In this document: piece by piece, positions 24,249 through 31,566 of the stretch
Layout: every line of letters starts with the position of its first letter
How positions within the stretch are numbered: the stretch's first letter is position 1
Assembly: GCA_000934665.2 (NCBI GenBank)
Contig: KZ538029.1
Coordinates: 124,001-155,566, forward strand
From: Catajapyx aquilonaris
Lineage: Eukaryota
DNA length: 31,566 nucleotides
Reading direction: 5' to 3'
Notes under the pieces: model-generated
Seen by the model: only the letters and a program-made list of their open reading frames with translations
Told to the model about the DNA's origin: nothing
Database searches by the model: none
Translations under genes and position numbers: made by a program

Positions 24249-25194
24249 ACGTCGATTAGTAGTTATTACTTATTAGTAATGTTAAAACTGGACTTACAAG
24301 GTCGCGGACTATGAATAATTCCTTAATTACTGCGTTCAAGCCCATTTACACCAGGATGTTGCTATTTTTAGCAATTTGCGAACAAACGAGAACGGCTGTG
24401 CAGAGTGTTATGCCCTTTCTTACCGTAATCCCCATATATATATAAAGCTCAATTGCTCAATATTTGTACGTATTAATGTATGTCACGCCTAATTAAGCCA
24501 CTTCCCGGGCACGGAGAGCGCTCAAATTTCTCAGAGCCATGTCTTACATATCACTGACCCCGAGAAAAGTCCCAAACCCGAACTTTTTTTGAGTCTAAGG
24601 GGGGTTTTCAGCAGATTAAGCAATTGCCTAGCAACCCTGGCTGTCAACAAGCCCAAAGGATGGATCTGCCTCTCTCACTCAAGTTCTAAAATGAAATCAA
24701 CATTGCATAATTATTCAACAATGAAAACAACAGAACAACGGGCAGGTTGGCAAGAATAATAATTGCAGTGCACGTAGCAAGGGGGTAATCACTTCGGTAC
24801 TCCGGTGTACACCTGTGGGAGTGGTACTCCCTGGTACTCCTCAGGCACCTCACTCTTTATTATACTCCGTGGTACTCCTTGAATTTGGTACTCCAGTGTA
24901 CACTTTTCAGTCGAGTGATTACCTTCTTGACACGTAGGGTATTGTAACAATAATTAACGGTTGGAGTACTTCGGGGAGTGCCGAGATCAACAATACCGAA
25001 CAATACAGTACTGTACAGTGCATATCGATAGAACCTGCCACAAGGCACCAGGAAACACAGAGGAAAGAAGAGCAGGTAGATACGTTCGTGTGTTTGGTCT
25101 CAGAAGTGTTGGAGTGATACGTTCATGTTTAGATTGTGTTATCATCAAATATTTTTAAAAAAATATATGATACAGAATTTTCAAATGTAATTTT

Positions 25195-25394
25195 AAAACC
25201 GGGGTTAATGCGAAACGGCGTAAAACGGGTACTTCCCGCATGGGAAATCTTTCTTGGCCAGTTCACAACCAGCAAGCTATCATAATTTCCACGTTGTCAC
25301 AATTTTTCAAATTAAACATTTTATGATGTCATTTTCAAACCGGCGTTAATGTGGAACGGCGTAAAATGGAGGGGTGTAAAACGGGTACCTACTG
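25195..25394 (-). mobile_element. Truncated Tc1/pogo-like terminal fragment inside the Helitron
   Basis: Minus strand reads TA-CAGTAGGTACCCGTTTTACAC, with internally repeated AAACCGG(G/C)GTTAATG...AACGGCGTAAAA; the other end was not found. Confidence 0.45.
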
Positions 25395-25410
25395 TATTAT
25401 TTTGATAATT

Positions 25411-25859
25411 GGACGGTGTTATGCAATAATGCGTCAACGCACGCGAGACCAGTGTTGAGAGGTCATACCTGTGAAATTAATTCGGCGTTCTTTTCGGTCA
25501 TTTATGGCAGAAGTATGCAGATTTCACCAGCGTTATTTTAACTGAATTAAGTAGGATTCTTTAGGCCAGAGGTTCTTAGCCTGGGGTGCCCGCACCTCCA
25601 GGGGGTGCGAGGTGGCTTCCCTGGGGGTGCGAGCAAGGTGCACCTCTGGACTTAATCTAACCAAGAGCTAATAACTGGTCTAACTATGAACTTAATCAAT
25701 CACCCCTGGTATAGGGGGTGCCACAAGGACCCACATATCGTCTACAAAGGGGTGCGGAGGCCCTAAAAGGTTAAGAACCTCTGCTTTAGGTGTATGTTCC
25801 TGGGCTTGGCTCAATTTTGACATTTTTGTGGGTTGACCCATTATTGCATAACACTGTCC
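25411..25859. mobile_element. TIR element with AATT TSD (Sola1-like by TSD only), interrupted by a hAT MITE
   Basis: GGACGGTGTTATGCAATAATGCGTCAAC ... GTTGACCCATTATTGCATAACACTGTCC (26/28 inverted match), with AATT on both sides. Confidence 0.7.
25567..25783. mobile_element. hAT (Charlie-like) MITE, 217 bp
   Basis: TIRs CAGAGGTTCTTAGCC / GGTTAAGAACCTCTG; 8-bp TSD CTTTAGGC / CTTTAGGT. Confidence 0.88.
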
Positions 25860-26149
25860 AATTATCCCTCCACTATCAATCACTTCTGTGTACGTTGACT
25901 GACACCAAGTTCAACATATGTACCAGACACTACACACGGGTTTACTGCTATAAATTAATTAATTAATAACATATTTTGATAATCTACGTACAGTATGTAA
26001 GGCAAAAAATAACATTTGTTTGCCTGTGTCAACAGAATTTTGTTGGTGATTATGATTACCATAGAAACAGGCCTGTAAATGGTTTCAAATTTTGCACCTC
26101 CCCCAATTTTTTTATCAAAATGTTTTTATGTCTCCTGCCCCCAATATAT

Positions 26150-26278
26150 CTCCACCTTGCCGTGGTGGTGGGCTTTCGTTTTCCCATGATCCTGAAGAGC
26201 TATGCCGGCGGTAGTTCCGTCTACTGGTAGGGCCGCCCAAGTTGGACAGGTCTTTGGGATAGGCGACAGACTTAGAGA
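26150..26278 (+). mobile_element. Fragment resembling the conserved 5'UTR of RTE-clade LINEs
   Basis: Motif order CACCTTGCCGTGGTGG...ATGATCCT...GAGCTATG...CTGGTAGGGCCGCCCAAG...ACAGGTC...CAGAC matches my recollection of RTE 5'UTRs; no RT ORF follows. Confidence 0.55.
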
Positions 26279-27082
26279 GTTTGAGAGATACCAGTCTTTC
26301 CTCTCTTCTTTTCGTTCGTCTTCGTTTCTCTCTCCATCTGTTCCACTTTTTGTATTCTGATAACCACATAGCCATAGTTGCGTGGCTCTTTATTACGCAA
26401 ACAAACCAGAATTTTTACACCCTTCCAGTGCCTGCATATGCAATGGAATGAGCAGCTTTGCATTTAATATTGCTCGAGATCTAATAAGATATCGGTGTAA
26501 TTATCCACGCTCTTTTTTCCCCGTGCGAAGAACGGGTACCGCTGCTAGTCTGCAATAAAAGGCCTAACATTGAATCATGTGTCTTTATTTATGTTGAACG
26601 GGACCATTTCCTAAGAATGATTATAGTTACTTGAATGGCAAACATTTGGCCAAGTTTTACTCCTAAGTTTGTGCCATGGTTTGTGCTCTGAAGACAACTT
26701 ACACGGGACTTCAGAGGGCTAGAAACACTTTCTTCAAAACATTGATACATTGAGATTGACATTGTTCAGCCTGCACCAAAATTGGTCAACGAAGCAACAG
26801 CAACTTGAGGAATAAGGCCTACCAGGGGAAACAGCTGGGAAGACATGAAGTACGTGGTACATCACTTGTATATTACAAGTCTAATCAAAGCCATTATCTT
26901 ATGTAAAATGAGCTCATGAAAAAAAGAAGCGGCTAAATGAACTGACCAAAATTCGGATGATTTTCTTCCTCCACGTGTAACAGGGTGGATCCCATTGTCC
27001 ACAGGAGTTCACCCTGGATGCCTGGAACATTGTTATGATAACTGCATGATTAATACGTATAATTAACCAAGTCATCCCCCTT

Positions 27083-28138
27083 CTAATTAGTGGCAGACCC
27101 CATGTAGTGACTAGCTAATCAATAAAAAATACATTTTAATTTCCAAGGAACTAGGTCGACATTCATCCAGAAACGCTCATATTCGCACTTTGAAAACCCT
27201 GCCTTCTCCAGAGCAATGGTCATGTCCCTGTTGACCTGGCAACCAACTCCAACAAGTGTCCAAATCCCCGACTTTACAATCCAGTCCTGAAGAGAGTGTC
27301 TCCACGTGCCTGGCAAGTCGTGCGAGTGCTCCAGGAACAGGTACTTGCCACCCTGTGAAACATAAATGATATTGGTCCGTGACATCGTTCGACATTTGCA
27401 GACCATATGCATCTTACCGGCACAAGCACTCTTCTTATCTCACGTAGCACCTGCTCAATGTTTGTCACACTGCAGAGGACGCCTGTGCCAGCAACCACGT
27501 CCACGCTGTTGTCCGGCACATCCCTCATGTCTTCACCTGTCGTTTGATGAAACTTTTCGATGACCACGTGACTTGCACGGGCGTAATTTTGCAACAGGTA
27601 GCCATGGAAGTAAGGTACCCGACTGCCAGCTGGGTAGTACTGGAAATTGGGTCCTGAAAGAGTTCACGGTATTATAGCACCTTTCTTTTTTGGGAAATAA
27701 ATAGACGCAAGCACTAACCAGATCCTGCTCCAACTTCGAGAATTCGCAAGTGGTCGCCATTTTGCGACTGATTTTCACTCTCTTGTAGGACCTGAAAGAG
27801 CTTTTCTCTGTAAGCATGTATGATCCTGTTGTATTCTGGAGAAATGTGCTTGGAGAAGAAGTAAGCAAAGAATCTGAAATCGTAACTGTGTGTTTTATTA
27901 CTGCCAGTAGCACTTCTCCATAATTGCACTTTCATAATTATTTCTTTTAAAAAATCATAACAACTGAGGGTACAGAGGAAATTTCAGTATTTCCACGATA
28001 TGTAACGGAGTTAACCAATAGCAATGTTGCATTTTACCTGTCTCGAACAGTCTTCAGGGCATTCTTCCTCAGAAGTAGGCCTACTAATAAGCCAAATATG
28101 ACAAGTTGGTAGACATACGACATCACACACTCCAACAT
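27083..28138 (-). pseudogene. METTL7A: METTL7A-like copy 3, frame-preserved but damaged (probable pseudogene)
   Basis: Exons 28138-28038, 27873-27719, 27653-27418 (236 nt; an 18-nt deletion removes ILVEPN), 27352-27083. In-frame TGA at 27121-27119, 12 codons before the normal stop. Splice sites intact. Confidence 0.8.
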
Positions 28139-29221
28139 GCTGGAGGCCCAAGCAATGTCCGAGGCAGATCTATGGGCAATTATAAATCACAATTAGCACC
28201 AATGACCAGCCAAAGATCTTCAAATGTCTATAATTACTGCCGGTATACAATTCAGTTGGATCTTGGATGCAGTATCACCATAATCGTGGCCAATGAAATC
28301 AAAGAAAAAGCATTTCCATTTTTTTTTTCTCTCAAATGAGTGGCTGAGAAGCAGTTCATGTCGAAATTCGGCCATTTTGAGTTGTCACTTGCATGGCATT
28401 CCCCATGCCCAACTCTGTTTTGTAACTTGGCCTAAAGACATTTGTAATATTTGCTAATCAAATTATTAAGTCAATGTGACTCACTTTTACCGTGGCTGAA
28501 AAGGCAAGCCTAGAACTTCGCATGCGTTTATCTCAAAACTAACTTTTTCGACATCAACCACTCTGCTTCTCAGCTACTCAAATAGTACGGCCTTTTGGAG
28601 ATGATATCGCCAATCATATAGGCGACGCTGGGCGCCCCAATCATATTATGTGACTGGCATAAGGGAGTGGATGAATTATAAGCAATTGTCTACGTAATTT
28701 ATGAAATCGTACTTTTCTGCAAAAATACGATCAGCAGTACACTTCGATTCCTTACAGTACAACTACTTACCTATCCCCCTTACTCTACTGCAGCTGAAGT
28801 GCAACCTTCAATATCAGTCCTTCACCTTTTTATTATAATCTGGAACGCGAGCGTCAGATATGCAATAAAAATTAATTACTTCGATGTTTTTGGGTTTGCT
28901 ATTGGCTTGTATTCAGATAAGAAAAATAAATTGGCCCAATTCCATATTGCGGCAGATATTCAGAATCTGCATTCGATGAGTAAGGGATTTTAAAACGTGA
29001 CTTACAAGGTCGTGAACTTTGAATAATTCATTAATTACTGTGTTCAAGCCCATTTACACCAGGATGTTGCTATTTAGCAATTTACGAACAAACGCGAACG
29101 GCTGTGCAGAGTGTTATGCCCTTTCTTATACAATAATCTGCCGCAATAAAAGGCCTAACGTTGAATCGTGATTGTGTCTTTATTGATATTGAACGGTATA
29201 TACCATTGCCTCCTTTCCTAA

Positions 29222-29368
29222 GGGACGTTTTCTCGAACAGTGGTTCAAATGTAAACCAGGTTCAAAGCCAGTTTAATCCCTGATTTGATTGTTGTTAGGC
29301 TGTTGTCAAGGGTTTAAATCGGCTTTGAACCGGGTTTACATTTGAACCACTGTTCGAGAAAACGGCCC
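29222..29368. mobile_element. PIF/Harbinger-type palindromic MITE (147 bp)
   Basis: GGGACGTTTTCTCGAACAGTGGTTCAAATGTAAACC...GGTTTACATTTGAACCACTGTTCGAGAAAACGGCCC with a TAA TSD. Exact empty site TTTCC-TAA-GAATGATTATAG at ~26607-26626. Confidence 0.9.
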
Positions 29369-29957
29369 TAAGAATGATTATAGTTACCGTACTTAAATGG
29401 CAAACATTTGGCCAAGTTTTACATTTAAGTTTGTGCCTTGGTTTGTGCTCTAAAGACAACTAACACAGAGCTAGAAACACTTTCTTCAAAACATTGATGC
29501 GTACATTGAGATTGACAATGTTCAGCTTTTACAAAATTGGTCAACGAAGCAACAGAAACTTGCGAAAACAGGCCTAAATGTCTATTTGCTTTTATGATTA
29601 TGTTAATCAACAATTACTCGGGAGGAACTGGGAATAGTGAAGGTATGTAGTACATGGTACTTGTATTGAAAGTCCAATAAAAGCAATTTGTGTCCTGTAA
29701 GATTAAGCTTAGGAAAAAAAAGAAGCGGCTAAGTGAACTGACCAAAATTCGCATTATTTTATTCTTCCACGTGGACAGTGTCGATCCCATATTCCACAGG
29801 AGTTCACCCTAGAACTTAGTTATGATAACTGCATGATTAATACGTAGCTTAATTTTCGGCACTTTCATGGAGGACCTTAATGAGTTTTCAACTGCACTTA
29901 CAATTTTTGCCATTATCTGCAATAAAAGTCCTGACGGTCATGATGTTTATTTATGTT

Positions 29958-31073
29958 CTACTTAGTGGCAGACCCCATGAAGTGACTAGCTATACAATAA
30001 AAAGGGATTTTCCACTTCCAAGAAATCAGATTGCCATTCAACCAGAAACGCTCATATTCGCACTTTGAAAATCCTGCCTTCTCTAGGGTAATGGTCATGT
30101 TCCTGTTGACGTAACAGCCGTCGAAAACGGTTTGCCAAATTCGGGTCTTTACCAACCAGTTCTGAATAGTGTGTCTCCACGTGCCTGGCAAGTCGTGCGA
30201 GTGCTCCAGGAACAGGTACTTGCCACCCTGTGAAATAAGAATGAGATTGTGTTGTGACACCGTGAAACCTTTCCAGAGGAGTTACTATGCAGAGTGATGC
30301 ACTCTTCCGTGTAGTATGAAACACCCTGTAAGGCTTACCGGCACAAGCACTCTTCTTATCTCACGTAGTACCTGCTCAATGTTAGTGACACTGCAGAAGA
30401 CGTTGGTGACGGCGACACGTCCACGCTGTTGTCCGGCACATCCCTCATGTCTTCACATGTCGTTTGATGAAACTTTTCGATGACCAAGTGACTTGCATGG
30501 GCGTAGTTTTGCAACAGGTAGCCATTGAAGTAAGGGTTGGGCTCAACTAATATGACCCGACTGCCAGCTGGGAAATATTGGAAGTTGCATCCTGAAAGAG
30601 TGCGCGATATAGCACCTTTCTTCTTTGGGAAATAAATAGATGCAAGCCCTAACCAGATCCTGCTCCAACTTCGAGAATTCGCAAGAGGTCGCCATTTTTC
30701 GATTGATTTTCACTATCATTGTAGGACCATAAAGAGCTTTTCTCTGTAAGCATGTAGCAACCTGTTGTATTCCGGAGCCATGTGCTTGGAGAAGAAGTAA
30801 GCAAAGAATCTGAAATCGTAACTGTGCGTTTTATCACTGCCAGCAGCACTTCCAAATTGCACATTATCATGATTTCTAAAAATTCTTAACAACTGAGGGT
30901 ACGGAGGAGGTTTCAGCATTTCCACGATAAGTAAATCCTTTGGTAACCAATCGCAATATGACATGTTACCTCTCTTGAACAGTCTTCAGGACATTCTTCC
31001 TCGGAAGTAATAGTGCTACTAAGACGCTAAATATGACAAGTTGGTAGACGTACGACGTCACCCACTCCAACAT
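29958..31073 (-). pseudogene. METTL7A: METTL7A-like copy 4, frameshifted
   Basis: Exons 31073-30970, 30809-30654 (156 nt, +1, giving TGA TAG TGA at 30718-30710), 30591-30339 (253 nt, -1 near 30416), 30227-29958. Assembly indels cannot be excluded. Confidence 0.8.
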
Positions 31074-31242
31074 TCTGGAGGCCCAAGCGACTGTCCCAGG
31101 CAGATCTATAGGCAATTATAAATCACAATTAGTACGGTACCAATGACCAGCCAAAGATGTTCAAATGTATATAATAACTGCACAATTCAGTTGGATGCAG
31201 TATCACCATAACCTTGGTCAATGAAATCAAAGAAAAAACATT

Positions 31243-31460
31243 TAAGGTAAAGTGGGGGAAGTGCACCCCTGTTTTGTAATAGATCACTTTAAATCATCTA
31301 TCGCATCCCACCTGTTCCTTGTATCTGAATGAAATTTTGCCTGCAGTTACTCCTGTCCATTACTAAGACACTGTTAGAAGGAGAATGGTTCATAACGAAG
31401 TGCTTCCAAGGCAGCAACAATCATGCGGAACAATGCATGAGGTGTGCACTTCCCCCGGCA
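31243..31460. mobile_element. Probable TE fragment with short inverted repeats in the 5'UTR intron of copy 4
   Basis: GGGGGAAGTGCAC (~31254) is inverted to GTGCACTTCCCCC (~31444); paralogous similarity breaks off at ~31243. Ends not defined. Confidence 0.4.
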
Positions 31461-31566
31461 CCCGGGGCACCCCCATCCAATTCCTGCATGCAATTATATT
31501 TCTGCTGCGATGGGGGCAGTGCGTCATAATCAAAATCAGAGCTAAAACATGCCATTTACAGAATGA

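Larger units (their letters stand above)
24429..26548 (+). mobile_element. Non-autonomous Helitron-like element (2120 bp) with nested fragments
   Basis: Starts with TC and ends with a CCCGT-GCGAAGA-ACGGG hairpin then CTAG. Inserted between A and T with no TSD: the flanks rejoin as CCGTAA^TCTGCAATA, as at the paralogous empty sites ~23816-23830 and ~29131-29150. Confidence 0.85.

Noticed and set aside
18619..30324. Recurrent alternative-frame ORFs (e.g. MFHTTRKSASLCIVTPLE..., MQNC...GRVHHSA) as separate genes
   Set aside because: They are off-frame or intron read-through products of the duplicated METTL7 exons.

Overview
Eukaryotic (animal, most likely invertebrate) genomic DNA with short GT-AG introns, so most entries in the six-frame ORF track are exon fragments or noise. 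(1) 18.5-31.1 kb: a minus-strand tandem array of METTL7A/TMT1A-like SAM-dependent thiol methyltransferase genes. Two copies are intact (4 coding exons, 259 aa), two are damaged (an in-frame 6-aa deletion plus an in-frame TGA; two frameshifts), and one exon-2 relic of a fifth copy survives. Similarity between copies is mosaic, and copy-specific TE insertions (tRNA-SINE, MITEs, a 2.1-kb Helitron with nested elements) are in most cases confirmed by empty paralogous sites in the window. (2) 12.8-14.2 kb: a plus-strand 4-exon CFAP119/CCDC189-like ciliary gene (C1a-32/CLAMP family) with an RFX X-box and a forkhead site upstream. (3) An unrecognised small secreted 4-Cys protein gene at 11.0-11.5 kb (minus strand, probable 9-nt microexon) and a degenerate paralog at 17.5-18.0 kb; neither is visible in the ORF track. 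(4) A signal-peptide exon at 8.85-8.9 kb (minus strand) whose large intron appears to cover 1-8.8 kb and carries CSL/homeodomain motif clusters. All gene models were assembled by eye from splice consensus and phase consistency; no searches were run.
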